A stretch of 63,725 nt of DNA, the filler included, from Reticulomyxa filosa (taxonomy: Eukaryota > Protista > Foraminifera): NCBI GenBank assembly GCA_000512085.1. It is 17 parts of 17 records of this genome, joined end to end, with 100 filler letters (N's around TTAATTAATTAA, not from the genome) between each part and the next. Parts side by side here need not be neighbours in the genome. Positions count along the whole stretch, not along the records: positions 51,021 to 52,099 come from ASPP01013993.1; positions 52,200 to 54,320 come from ASPP01002847.1; positions 54,421 to 55,641 come from ASPP01043527.1; positions 55,742 to 59,260 come from ASPP01006695.1; positions 59,361 to 61,020 come from ASPP01005825.1; positions 61,121 to 62,625 come from ASPP01027009.1; positions 62,726 to 63,725 come from ASPP01019791.1; 10 more parts are not named here. One strand, 5' to 3'. Of this stretch, positions 51,021-63,725 are shown one piece after another. Made by a program: the position numbers and the translations under genes. The stretch's first letter is position 1. Each line of letters begins with the position of its first letter. A model generated the notes under the pieces. The model made no database searches. It was not told where the DNA came from and saw only the letters and a program-made list of their open reading frames with translations.

Positions 51021-51661
51021 TCATTATCATTATTATTATTATTATTATCATCAGCATTATCATTGCCATTGGTATCATTTATATTCGCTAAAAGGGGGGC
51101 CTGCGCATTTTCGCTCTCTTCTTCCTGACTTGCACTTGTATCTATCGCTGCAGTTGTAATTGTCTCTTTATCTTTATCATTCTTTGCCTTTGGTGCTGCT
51201 TTGCTTTCCGTCCTTTTCACATTGTCCGCGGTATAATGAAATAATTCACTTCCTTCGATCCATGTGTTTAGACGTCTGCGCTTTGGTGGTGGTACTACTT
51301 TTGTTTCTGTTTCTGTCTCTGTTGTTGCGACTGCGCTTTTCTTTGCTTTCTCATTTCGCTTCTTTCCTTTTGATTCGTTTTCTTCTTCTTTTTCCTTTTT
51401 TTGACTATTCTCTGTGCTTTTTGTCCATCCTGGACGCTTTCTTTTCGACGATTTCTTCGCTCTTTATGTGTTATTTGTTATTTTGCTTTTTTTTTTTTTT
51501 GCAAAGTCGATCATTTCACACCCCTTTCTCAGTTCCCAAACATACATTTTTTGATGCTTTTTTTCAGTAGCTATTAGGTTTTGGAATTCTATGGCTGCTG
51601 TGCTGAAATCAATACTCTCAGGTGCGTCATTTTGATCATCAACGGCCAAATTTTTCGCCAT
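51021..51661 (-). CDS. Charged low-complexity protein, possibly nucleolar (NOL7/Bud21-like N-terminus), partial
   Basis: DDQNDAPESIDFSTA followed by a Lys/Arg/Glu-rich region with an NLS-like PPPKRRR. Confidence 0.3.
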
Positions 51662-52747
51662 TATTCGACGTAGGATTTTTAATTATTCAATTCCTGACTC
51701 CTTTTGTCCTGGAGAGGTCCTCTCGCCTCGTCAGCAACCAACAGTTGTTAATTTCTAAATTTAATTTAATTATCAATTAATTTTTCGAGCTTAAATCCTG
51801 CACAAAGAAATTTTAAATTTCAATTTTGCTATATAGTGATTTTATTAACATTTGTATTATTTTTGTTAACATCAATGATTGACAATCCTAAAAATTAAAC
51901 AATATTCCAAAGTTTTTCGTTCATCATAAATTGTTGTTGAAGAAAACTACTTTGTAATGCTCTACAAAAGAAAAATTGTATAGTCACGTATGTTTTCATT
52001 TTATATTGAAAAAAAAATTTGATGTTGTGGGTTTTCCTGCTGCTGAAAGAGGTGTGCAAATTGTAATACGAAAGGTTTTCGCTCTTTTGAGCAATTTAAN
52101 NNNNNNNNNNNNNNNNNNNNNNNNNNNNNNNNNNNNNNNNNNNTTAATTAATTAANNNNNNNNNNNNNNNNNNNNNNNNNNNNNNNNNNNNNNNNNNNNA
52201 ATTTTCTTATAGGCGTGATAAATATTGTAAAATAGTGAAAATTATATTGAATAAAATTAAATGATTGTGTTGTATAATTTAAAAAATTATATTTGAGAAA
52301 TTATATTTGGTAAGTAAAAAATTCTATTGTAGAAAATGTAGTGATAAAAACATTATAGCACAAGAAAAAAAAAAGTTGTCTTAAAGTTTTCTTTCGTTGA
52401 TTTCAACTTGTGTGCATCTCTAATTAATTTTAATCGACTGCTTCTCATTAAAGTATTAAAAAAACAAGTAGCATTAAAAAACAATTTTCACAGATTCTAT
52501 AAAAATAGTTATTTTTTTAATTTACTGAATGCGCAGGAATAACAGCAGCCATGAAAACATCTGATCAATTAAAATAAGAAATAATAACTGCAAGTTTTTA
52601 TTTTTGTCTTTTTGTTTTGGAAGAAGTGTTGCCAGAAGCAGTGCGTAAAAGTTTAGACAAAGGTTGGAAGATATTGTTACCAACAAATTTTTGGTTAAAA
52701 TTTGCTTATTATTATTTTTTATTTTTTGAAAAGCAAACATGTTTATA

Positions 52748-53577
52748 TTACAAAGATTTAATGACAAATCGAAACGAATCATAAAGAGGAATCGAATCAC
52801 AAGATGTCAAAGGATACTCTCCACTTCCTTTTGGATACTCCCAGTCTTTGTATTTGAGCTCTCGAACGCATTCAAATCCACACTTGCGAAAGCAAAACAA
52901 CGATAGTGACTACACAACAACGCACATATACAAAAAATTATTAAATTACATAAATTGTAGCATTTTTATAAAATTAAAAAAAAAAAGAGGGTAAATCGAA
53001 CATTTGCACATTCAGCAAAAACAGTATGAAATCCGAATTGTGGTTTAAGTTGTTGAGCAATGCGCACTGATTCTCGGATTAAATTCGTAGCGATCCCTCG
53101 ATTTCTGTATTTATATTGAACGGCCAAGATTTCAATGTAAAACATTGGCCCCTTTTCCCGGTGTTTGCGGACCCATTCCAACTTTAAGTCGTCACATAAT
53201 GCGAAAATCTTTTCAATGTATGGCTTCTCTTTTTCGACATCGTAGAGAATGTCGTTATAAGGTGGGGGGATTGTCGTGTCGTCGTAGTGCTCACCTAAAC
53301 AAATACCGATCACAGATCGATTGTATTTGTGAAGGGCCGCTACAAACGTTTGCTTCTGCCAAAAATGAGCAATCCAATCGCCATAGAAATCTATGAATAT
53401 TCGATATGGGACGTGTTGGTTTGGTGGCTCTTTCACCTCGTCGTATTGAAACGCGTCGTTCAGTACTTTCAACGCTTCTGACACATGCTCTTCTTTTAAT
53501 ATCACATATTCTACCACAGGCTCTTTATCAACTAATTCAAATACATTATCCAGCAAATCCAACGCATGGATACTCAT
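52748..53577 (-). CDS. GNAT N-acetyltransferase (AANAT-like), 2 exons
   Basis: YIEILAVQYKYRNRGIATNLI (acetyl-CoA motif A), VFAECAN-SLSLFCFRKCGFECVRELKYKDW. Confidence 0.85.
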
Positions 53578-53936
53578 TTTTATTTACTGAGATATTGTCT
53601 AACTCTCAAGAAAACAGGATTTTTTGACCTTGTAAAACGTCAAAAACTTTTTAACACATGCAAGTAGGTCTATAATATTGAATAAAGTGTTTAAAGACGT
53701 CTCATCCTTGAAATAGTAGAGCACTAAATAGCAAAAAGTAATTCGTTAGGAAATTCAACCAATAATTAAAAAAAAAAAAAATGTGCGAACGCATGAATAA
53801 ATGTGGCACTTTGCATCTTGCGTGCGACTTTAAGAAACTGAAATAAAAACATGACAGGCCATCTGGCAAAATAATAAAAGATCCGGAAGGCTAATGAAGA
53901 CTCCTGTTTTTTAGAGAAGAAATTTGTGAAATTAAA

Positions 53937-54251
53937 ATGGCAACTGAAAGGGAAGAAGAAAACAAGGATGTCGATGGACTTTCAGATGACATGGAAATGC
54001 CACAAGGAAGAAGAGGACACGGTCCTGGAATAATGGCCTCAAAGATAGAGTTTCGAGATGTAATTCAAAAGTTTCGGGGCATTGAAGACGATTGGAAACA
54101 AAAACGGGTACACCCCGGTGTGGCAACAACAGCAGCACCAGGAACAGGAGTGCCCATCACAATACCAATGGTAAACAAAGGGCCACTGCCACCAGCACCA
54201 CCGCCTCGTGAAAGGCCTCCTAAAAAGAAAGAAAAGTCGGGTGCCAGTTAA
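53937..54251 (+). CDS. First exon of an uncharacterised protein
   Basis: ATG-initiated, GC-richer ORF with a Pro-rich tail, ending near the contig end. Confidence 0.4.
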   Translation: MATEREEENKDVDGLSDDMEMPQGRRGHGPGIMASKIEFRDVIQKFRGIEDDWKQKRVHPGVATTAAPGTGVPITIPMVNKGPLPPAPPPRERPPKKKEKSGAS

Positions 54252-54275
54252 CATGGAATAAACACTTTTAACTGA

Positions 54276-54308
<33 letters not shown>

Positions 54309-55861
54309 AAAATTTTTTTTNNNNNNNNNNNNNNNNNNNNNNNNNNNNNNNNNNNNNNNNNNNNTTAATTAATTAANNNNNNNNNNNNNNNNNNNNNNNN
54401 NNNNNNNNNNNNNNNNNNNNTTTTTTATTGTCATAATGCTCAAAGAGTTTGAGCAACAACCGTTTGTTTCAAACTGCTTGAAAAAAAAATGATCAAACTT
54501 TGAAAATCTTTCTGGAACACACGCCACTGCGAGTGCAAAACAATAAGTTAAGTTTATATTTAAAAAAAAAGAAATTACGTGTAGAACGTTGAATTAAAGC
54601 TACAGTCTTATTTAATATCGCATCCAAAAAAAAACTTATCATTGGAGGATGTGCGATTATTTGCGCAATGTCGCATATTGACAGATGTACTGTTTTTTTG
54701 TTTCCTAAAAAAAATTATTTGGTGTTGTATGTACGGATTAAACTATTTTTAAAAGAAAGCAAGGAAACCAACTTTAAAGTCTTTTGCTAAGTTGTAATGC
54801 ATGTTTGTACTTTTTCATGTAACTTTTTTTGATTGTGTTGTCGTTTTTTATTGCTCTGTGCAAATTTTTCTTTGCGCGTTTATGCGTTTTCCCAACGTTA
54901 ATTCCAATTATATCAAAAATTATACATCTTCTTACAAAACCTTTTGAAACAAAGAAATGTTTACAAAAGCAAAAATATCAGTATGAATATCCATGCAATA
55001 TGAAAGAAGACAGAAAAATTAAGTTAAAATTGAAAGTTTTAAAAATACTTTGTGTAATGTCCTTTTCAGGCAGGAATAATGTGCGGTGTCTCTTGCTGCT
55101 TGGAAAAGTGGATAATGGACGACCCGACGTCTTCAATGAGAAAGTCTAAAATTGCAAACAGGTTTTCGTAGTGATATGCATTGACCAGCTCCTTCAACAC
55201 TTTCAACAGACTGGTTTGGAACTCGCCCGTGGCTTTGATGGGTAATGTTGAACAATTTGTCCAGCAATGCGAATGTTGGCTGCAAATAATGGTGCATGTA
55301 ATTGTAATTGTAATTGTGGCTGTTGTAACAGGCTGGTCTTTGTGATTCGTTTGCATCAACGACACTCCATTGTCATCCTTCATCCATACTTTGCCTCGGC
55401 GCCAATGGCATTGAACAAAGACGACTTCACCAGCATCGCCGTGACTTTGCTCGTGCTCGTGCTCGTGCTCATAATCAAATGGACGCCGTTCTGGAGTGCT
55501 TGCGCTTTGATCGCTCTAACAACTGGTTCGACGTTGACGACACGATACGTGGTGGACATGGGAGCCCGATTATTTTTTGTATCGAAGACATTGTTCGACG
55601 ATACGAGTTATTGGAATGCAAGTAATTTATATTTATATTTGNNNNNNNNNNNNNNNNNNNNNNNNNNNNNNNNNNNNNNNNNNNNTTAATTAATTAANNN
55701 NNNNNNNNNNNNNNNNNNNNNNNNNNNNNNNNNNNNNNNNNCTGTGCAACAAAAAATAAAAATAAAAATTTTATTTTTTTTTTTCAACACGCGTCCAAAA
55801 AAAAAAAGTTACAAAACACATCACCACAAATGACAAGTGTAAAACAATTGAAACGAAATAG

Positions 55862-56937
55862 CAGCAACTGGACCCGTGGGATGTGATGGACCTTGGACAG
55901 GAGTTACAGGTTGCAACGTATGCAAAAGATATAATAAAGTGCTGCTACAAGCGGGAACACCGATTGGGTGTGTTGGGTGACTATATGTCCGAACAAAAGA
56001 ACATCAATATCCGCATGAGAACGGTGTTATTGGATTGGATCATCGAAGTCCATCGAAAATTTGAACTGTTGCCGCCAACGTTGCATTTATGTGTTTACCT
56101 GGTTGACCGTTTCTTGGCTGTAAACCAAGCTGAGCGAAAAACTTTGCAATTGACAGGTTTTTTAAAATGAAAAAAATATACAAAAAAAAAAAAAAGTAAT
56201 ACAATAAAAACTGATAAATACAACCCCCAAAAAAAAAAATAGGGTGCGCTTGTCTTTGGATTGCGTCAAAATACCACGAGATTTACGCACCTGAAGTAGA
56301 TGATTTTGTGTATATCAGCGACAATGCGTTTACTCGCCACGAGTTGGTAACGATGGAAGGGAATGTAGTCAACTCACTCGATTTTGAATTGACTGTGCCA
56401 ACGTCGCTAACATTTACAGAGAGATATTTAAAGTTTGCCAAAATGAACTTGTCCAGAGAAAGTGACAAACATGTCATGACTCATTTGATCATGTATTGTA
56501 TTGAACATTGCATGCTCGAATATGAAATTGTAACCGCAGCGCTGCCATCGATCATTTCTGCGGCCTGTTTGTGCTACAGCGTCTTTGCGACCAGGCTCAT
56601 TTTTAGCAAGAACCAGTGGAACAATATTTTTGTGTTCAAATATGGTAACGATTATTTATACATATATATGTATATGTATAAATATATATTTATACCTGTT
56701 TTTTTTTTTCTCGTGATCTATATTCATTAGACATGAATAAGAAAATAACAACAAAAAAAAGGTGTTCCTCATACTTTTGACAAGCTATTGCCAGTGATGC
56801 AGCTGTTAGACAAAATTGTGAAAGAACAAGCAGAAGAGGGACGACACCATGCCCTTCGTAAAAAGTATCGCCATCAAATGTATTCCAGAGTGTCTTGCAT
56901 GAGCTTCGGCAAATTGGATTTATCGTCGATTCAGTAA
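55862..56937 (+). CDS. A/B-type cyclin (partial, at least 3 exons)
   Basis: Cyclin box MRTVLLDWIIEVH...[41 protein letters not shown] near the C-terminus. Confidence 0.93.
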
Positions 56938-58229
56938 TCTGTGCACTGTCGGACGCTTTTTTTTGTGCAGCTGCGCATCATGTTCGAAAACAGAATATTT
57001 GATGTGTAGTGGCTTTTTTTTTTTTGGAGAAACAAGAAACAGCCTTTTTTTGAAAAAACTCACAAAAACCACAGTCGAACGGCCCAAACCGTCTTTACTA
57101 TTTATTTTTAATTTTTAAGTGTGTTTTTCCGAGTTAAAGACGACGATAGTGTAAAAGGAAGAAGGCCAGGAAGTGAGGTTTTTTGGGTTGCTGTTTTTTT
57201 TCCAAGGGGCTATGTAACTTGAGATGCGAGACAGTGTTTTTTGCGTTTTGTAATTTTTTTGTTTGTGAATAAGTTGGCTTTGGACTGTGAGACAAACTGC
57301 GGTTTTGCTCAAGGAACTTGTATCTTTTGGTGGGATTTGGAAATTTATTTCCTTTATTTACATGAATTTACCAATTTATGCCTCAATAAAAAAATTATTA
57401 TTTGTTGTTTCTTGGGTTGGTGCATCACGATAAGCAAAAGATCATTATGTTACAAAAATTGTGTACCTTTCTCCTTTTTAAACATTTCCGTAGTGTTTTT
57501 CCTATTCTTTAAATCAAATAACTTTGTTTTAAAAAACCAGGCAAATGTGCGAATGTGAGCCGTTTTTTTTCGCTTGGTAAAAAAAACTATGCATGGCATT
57601 TATAAAACCGAACTGCTCATGAACGTAAACAAAACAGCGACAAAAGAAATTTCAACTGACAAAAAGTGAAAAAAAAAAGAAAAAATAAAATAAAAAAAAA
57701 AATAAAAAAAAAATAAAATAATAAAAAACTGCAAAAAAAAATAAAAATCTTGTGGATATTCCCAAAAATTTGTCGTAGAACCAATTCTCAATAATTGACA
57801 AATAAATAACAATGTATTTCCCACAAGACTTGTTTGTACAATTTCAAACAACAAAAAAAATTTCTTTCAACTCAACCCACCTCAACACTCAACAAATTCT
57901 CTTACAAAACGGATAACGCAAGCAATGTCACGTTTTGTCCAAAAAGAAAAAAGTTCGCTCTCGAAACAATAAAACACAAACACAAAACACAAAAAATATC
58001 GATATATGAGTTCTTTAGCAAAGGCACCAAATGTTGGAGATAATTTTTTTTTTTTTTTGATTTGACGTTACTTTTTCATTACTTCCTCCAAAACGATTTG
58101 ATGGTGTGTCATGGACAGAAAATTCTCCTTCTTCTTCTCTTCTTCGTGCACTCCTTTTTGTCGATACGGTCTTGCAGACAAATGAAACAAATAAACAAAA
58201 CAAAACCAAAAAAGAACGATAAGCGTCAT

Positions 58230-59105
58230 TTACTCATCTTCATCGATTTGTTTTCGAAACAAAGATTCGCTGTCAGGGTGTGTAGGAAGTTGTTCCAACT
58301 GCACCCATAGAGCATCCATATCGGTGTCAAGATGGTGCGGCATTGCCCACTGAGAATCAATCTCGGTACCAAGATGGCGTGGTCTCTTTGTCCACATTTC
58401 CAAAGAATAATCGTCACGATCTTCGTTCCTATGTTTCGTTGGCGCAAGTGATCGGCCCAGCGCTTTCGGTATTTTCAAATGTGGTTGAAAAGGCAATGAC
58501 AATGGTTGTTGCGCTTGATCTGCATATCTTGGCTCTTTGGTATCGTCAGGAACTGCTTGTGGTTCACAAGAAAGAAACCCCCCCCACCCCCACGTGTTTG
58601 TCTTTGGCCCACAACATTGGGAGTTAAATTGCATATAGTGTTATGTGGGCCAAAAGAGGGAGGAATGCAATATAATTTTAACTTCTTGTGTCCATGTTCG
58701 ATGAACCTCCAACGATTGTGGGTGTCGACATTGCCATCATCGTCGATATTGTGTTTGCATTTCTCTGTTGTATTTCGGTCTCCACAATTCTTTGGCATTC
58801 CCCAGTCCTTGTCCACAAATATTTTAACTCCTGTTCTGTGAAGTGATCCAAATGCTTGCTGATTTCTTCTATCATGTCATTCAATTGGACTACGACTGTC
58901 CAATACATTTTCGAGGACGGTTTTTTTTTTCTCTCACTCACTCAATCAATCATTCTCGTCCAAAACAAGCAAATGAGAATGAAAAAGTATACTTTTTTGA
59001 ATTTTAAAAAACAAAAAAAAAAAAAAAAAGTTGTGAAACAAATTACCTGTTCGGAGACAACAAATCGATCATGATACTCAGCCAGTCGACGATTGTACAA
59101 CTCCT
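58230..59105 (-). CDS. Uncharacterised protein, 3' part
   Basis: Overlapping protein-like ORFs (58678-58941, 58230-58634) with coding-like composition; no family recognised. Confidence 0.35.
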
Positions 59106-59552
59106 TAAATCGACACAAACAAACACAAATACATACGCGTTCATTCTTTGTGTTTTTAAGCTACTAAATTTTTCCCCCTCTCTTTCTCTTCTTTTAAAGT
59201 GATAACAAAAAGGTTCTTTTATTAATTTAGTAATTTTATCATTAATTGTTAGTTGTCGTTNNNNNNNNNNNNNNNNNNNNNNNNNNNNNNNNNNNNNNNN
59301 NNNNTTAATTAATTAANNNNNNNNNNNNNNNNNNNNNNNNNNNNNNNNNNNNNNNNNNNNTAGTAGTGCCAGCAAACACATCGATGCTTCACATCAAACA
59401 CAACACAACACATTTTTTTTTTTTTTTTTTTTATATATACAATTCGAATTGTACATGCGTATACGTATACACGTATTAAGGTTTGATACTTTATTTTCTA
59501 CATATACATACATATAGATACACATATGTATATGTAAAAAAAATACACGTAC

Positions 59553-60134
59553 CTGCACTTATAAGTAATGCTTTTTTAACATAGGTGGTGCCCTTTTTGG
59601 CGTAATCAGAAATCACAGTGACGCTTTCGATAATGGTCTGTGCTGTTGAATCATTTCCAACAGAATTGCTCCATGTATTTGCATTTGCAGTTGGACCGGC
59701 AACTTGTCACTACCCGTACTTTCGTGGTTCAGCAACGTCTCTTGTGCCATTTGCAAAAACTCGGGGGACAAGTTCTGCAAGAGATGTCCATGACTATGTG
59801 ACAGATGAGTGATCATCTCGCGCACATTTGGGTTTGACATGTCTATTTGACCATTTGGAAGCGGGAACGGGATTTCGTCATGTGGAAACACCTCTTCATC
59901 GTCCGGGAAAAGATCGGACTGATTTTGTTGATATTGGGATTGCGTCTGAGTTTGAGGTTGGGACTGAGGTTGAGACTGAGATTGAGACTGCGGCTGAGAC
60001 TGTGACGGCGGCGACTGGGATTGTGCGGATTGGCTGTTTACGTCTTGTCCAGGTTTTGGCGGAAATGGTAATATTGGACCACCATTTGGTGGAGGAAATG
60101 GAAAATTAAGATCATTGGGAGGAGAAGGAAACAT
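59553..60134 (-). CDS. Pro/Gln-rich N-terminal exon of an uncharacterised protein
   Basis: MFPSPPNDLNFPFPPPNGG...(QS)n; probable homopolymer frameshift ~59703; GT donor at ~59551. Confidence 0.5.
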
Positions 60135-60640
60135 GTTTACCTTAGTTTTTTTTTATTAGTTTGTTAGACGTCGAAAACTAGTAGGTTTCTGTAAATCAAT
60201 TTTTTTAAAAAAATTAAATTCTGCATTGACGTGTAACTGCAAGTAACATCAAATGAACCAATTCTGTTAATTAACAGTATAAAGATTGGTAAATAAACAC
60301 ACAATATTATTTTTAAAATTAAATCTAATAAAATCACGATATCTGATGTAGTTTTTTTTTTCCTTTTTTTTAAAAATATTGGGATTGCTTTAAAAATACT
60401 CAAATATGATTCTAGAGTTTTTTGAGATTGCAGACCCTTCCATTAATAAGTTTAGTCGAAAATGAAGATTGAATGTTTGTTAAATTGTGGTTGTGATGTA
60501 ATCACAAATTTGTCACAAACGTTAAAATTACACAAATAGAGATTGCAGTAAAAACAAACCAAAACCAACCAAATAGAAACGCAAATTGAATAACAAAAAT
60601 GTTTTAAATAAGGAAATTTGCAAAAAAAAAAAACTAAGAT

Positions 60641-60937
60641 TCACTGATCGTTCAGATTTTTTTCACGTCTTGATTTGCATTTTTTTTGACATTTTTGAAC
60701 TGACCACTTTTCCTTCCGAAAATGAGTATGTCGAACGCGCTCTGCATTATAATCGCTGTGCCACATGGACACATAGCCTCCATGAGTGACCCATTTGTAC
60801 AACTCAGGTCCTTGCATACGCGAGTTTTCAAAAAACGACTTGAACCCACCAAGTAGCAAAAAGGCATGTGGAAAAGTTAAATTTGGGTATTCATGTCGAT
60901 GAATTTGTCGATCATAGTTACGAAAATAGCGACATGT
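60641..60937 (-). CDS. CDC25: Cdc25-type phosphatase (rhodanese fold), last exon
   Basis: CRYFRNYDRQIHRHEYPNLTFPHAFLLLGGFKSFF...GYVSMWH matches Cdc25 R..DR...YP.L.YPE.Y.L.GGY..FF...Y..M.H. Confidence 0.75.
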   Translation of the reverse strand, partial: TCRYFRNYDRQIHRHEYPNLTFPHAFLLLGGFKSFFENSRMQGPELYKWVTHGGYVSMWHSDYNAERVRHTHFRKEKWSVQKCQKKCKSRREKNLNDQ

Positions 60938-63725
60938 CTGTTATGAAGAAAAAGCATATACGTACATATATATGAATATATACATATATATATATATATA
61001 TGTATATATTACGTGCTTTTNNNNNNNNNNNNNNNNNNNNNNNNNNNNNNNNNNNNNNNNNNNNTTAATTAATTAANNNNNNNNNNNNNNNNNNNNNNNN
61101 NNNNNNNNNNNNNNNNNNNNAAAACGACAGTTCTGTATGAATGTGGCAATGATGCAACTTTAATGTTTTGATATTAAAGCTTTTGAAGAAAATCAAAAGT
61201 GCAGATATGTAGGAAGCTCACAGCAGTACGAATTGACTGCGTGCAATATTAAATTATTCCTTTTGCAGGACTCGTTTTGTGTGAATGTCATCTAAAGAGT
61301 GTGTCCAATAAGACTGATTTTCGAAAATGACTTAATCATCTATCGCAATGCAAAATGTTTTTTTATTGTTTTCACAAAAAAGAATGATAGCAATATTCAT
61401 TTTTGTACAACACTGAACAGTGGCACAAAACCCAAACCAAAAAAAGAAAGTGTGCAAAACATGATCTTTCTTATCATGGACGATGTCAACGTTACGGATT
61501 GGTTATTATTTTGACGCTCGAACGAGTATATTCTTGAGGAGAGACGTTTTCATCATTATTTTATCTCCAACAAGCCGCCAACACATTTTTCCTAAGTTGG
61601 ATACAAATAGTTTATGAGTTCGTCTTTTCCAATTAATTTGTTTCTGTTTTCATCGATTGCAGCAATATCAATGGCTTTGAGTTTTTCCGCTAACAAAATC
61701 TCGTTTTCAACAGTGACCATCGTAATTTCCAAAGCATTTTCCGTTTCAGTACTTTTTTTTACAATTTAACCAAATAATTTGATACATGTTTTCCTAATTG
61801 ACTATCTTTTCTTCGTACATTTTTCCTTGTTAATTTGTTTCAAGGACTGTAACACAAAAAAACTCGTATTGTTGCCCCTTCGATCAGTTTGAATAATTGT
61901 CAGCTATGATCTGAGTGATAAGATTAACAATTTCACAAGTCATTTTTTTTTTTTTCATCGTGCATATCCAAATAACTGCAGACACACCAAAACACTATCA
62001 AGATATTGCATTTCAAATTTCCCAAAAATATGACGCATTTGATTGTCAGATGTGTTAATTATCTTTTGATATTTCTTCAACACTTGGATCAGCAATACAA
62101 TGAGATTGAAGAATTGTCTGGCTTGTTCCAGATTGGAATTGGTATTGCCTTGGACCTTTGCGTTGATGGCAAATGCCTGTATGAGCATTCCCAAGACTGC
62201 AACAATCATATGTGTAACAAATGGTCATATTCTAATTTTTAACTACCATCTCTCTACTTGCCATGTTGTACATCGCCTCAATCATCTTCAGATTGTTTCA
62301 CACGTCATTATTGCATATCTTATTCATTGCACTGCTGGTCAATTGCGACATTATCGCACATACATCATCACTTGTTTCTACTTTGACTTGTAAGTTCACC
62401 GCTGTTGTTATGATTGTTTGTTCTTTCTTTTTAATAATTCCAATTGTGTGAATAAAGCAAAAAAATCACACTTGCATACCTACCTGTCCATTGATAGTTT
62501 GAATGGCAGTGATATTGTCACCAAGTTAGTTTTGGTCACAACAGTGTGGCCATTAGATAGTTCCAAATTGTTTGTCTTGCGCTTCCCCTTGTTGTTGTGG
62601 ACGGGTTTGAAAATAATATTGAAATNNNNNNNNNNNNNNNNNNNNNNNNNNNNNNNNNNNNNNNNNNNNTTAATTAATTAANNNNNNNNNNNNNNNNNNN
62701 NNNNNNNNNNNNNNNNNNNNNNNNNTTTTTACTTTTTTTTTTTTAAAGAATGTTTATATATTATGAAAAAAATATCAAAAAATGTTTTCTATAGCTAAAT
62801 GAAATATAAAGATTTTTTGAAATTATTCTGTATTTGATGATAAAATTTAAAAAAATACATTAATTAAATTACAGAAAAGATAATATCATTTAAAATGTTT
62901 GCTTTACGAAAGTAAAAATTTTCAAATATCAACATTTACGAATTTCAAGATTATCGTTTGTGTTGTCAATTGTAATGAACACAAAAATATTTTTGATATA
63001 TATAAATATACAATTTACTTCTGATAAAGCAATCCAATTCATCAAAAAAAAAGATCAAAATATTACAAACTAAAATCAATATTCAGCATAATGCTCTAGG
63101 CTTTGGTATTCAAGTGCTCAATGAAAAAGCGGATGCAGCAATCTTTGGATTGAATGAGAGACAATTAAAAAAAAAACAGTCAATGTTTCGCCCCAAATGG
63201 CAAAAATTCATTTTTTCATTCCAAAGTACACAAAGATCTAGACTGCATGCAAGAAAACAAACATCCAAGATTTAAAACGTTACTAACAAAATGGATTATC
63301 GATTTAATTGTTAGTCCAAATATATTTGGTTGAGGTTGATTCTATTTAAGTATTTGATAAACACATATCAAGTAGAAATGATTTTTTTTTTTAAAAAAAA
63401 GCTATCAAACAGAGCTTATAAACAGATTCTTAACTTGCACATAATGCCCATACATATTGATATTCGGAGAAGGATTTGTCATGAGTGGCTGTGGATATGT
63501 CATTTGTTGTATTCCATACATGGGAGTATTTTGGATGGGTCCACCAATTATATATGGATTTACGGATTGATGAATTGTCATCATACCATTCATGAATACG
63601 TTTGGTACGCCCAATCAGCATCTGTTATTGCAGAAGTAGTAGTGACATTGGTTGCGTTTTCATTGCCCCAAGGATCCCAATTGGAATCCGTCGTTGTGTT
63701 AGTGTTGTTTGATCCCTTTGTGGTG

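Noticed and set aside
4238-60134. Programmed frameshifting or RNA editing suggested by frameshifts in otherwise intact genes (Mog1, B56, UBL fusion, 59703, cysD)
   Set aside because: Most fall in or near homopolymers and one affects the bacterial contig too, so sequencing indel error is the simpler explanation.
55862-60937. Cyclin and Cdc25 as a cell-cycle gene cluster
   Set aside because: They are on different contigs separated by an artificial spacer.
18892-62725. Regularly recurring palindrome TTAATTAATTAA flanked by N runs, resembling a repeat array
   Set aside because: Artificial six-frame-stop linker used to concatenate contigs.
61121-63725. Protein-like fragments on the minus strand of the last two contigs
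   Set aside because: Broken frames and no recognisable family; no call can be supported.
1-63725. tRNA, rRNA or CRISPR arrays; alternative genetic code
   Set aside because: None were recognised. TAA, TAG and TGA all terminate intact genes here, so a genome-wide stop reassignment is not supported.

Overview
This window is not one locus. It is 17 separate contigs joined by 16 artificial 100-bp spacers (N44-TTAATTAATTAA-N44), so adjacency across spacers has no biological meaning. Sixteen contigs come from an AT-rich, intron-containing protist genome. The WD40, RING/TRAF-zinc-finger and kelch-like family signatures suggest a Reticulomyxa-like foraminiferan (Rhizaria); this is an inference. One contig (47673-49107) is GC-rich bacterial DNA carrying cysD, the start of cysN and the start of a response regulator. 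Recognisable eukaryotic genes: a MAP kinase, RidA, several WD40 proteins, a PP2A-B56 subunit apparently fused to CAP-Gly, Mog1, an ARM/F-box/LRR gene, an SLC12 C-terminus, a D-serine-dehydratase-like PLP protein, a RING protein, NFU1, a small secreted Cys-rich protein, a TMEM135-like protein, an ADCY10-type STAND protein with an inserted PH domain, a ubiquitin-like fusion, a sugar transporter, a GNAT, a cyclin and Cdc25. There are also many pseudogene fragments, a decayed Tc1/mariner element whose TIR occurs on four contigs, and an RNase H relic. Many frameshifts fall in homopolymers and look like sequencing error. The most unusual non-coding feature is a 350-nt element (6801-7150) made of two back-to-back long imperfect hairpins that would form a closed, viroid-sized rod if circularised. 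The second is a 108-bp near-perfect inverted repeat nested in an older inverted duplication (about 42500-43385).
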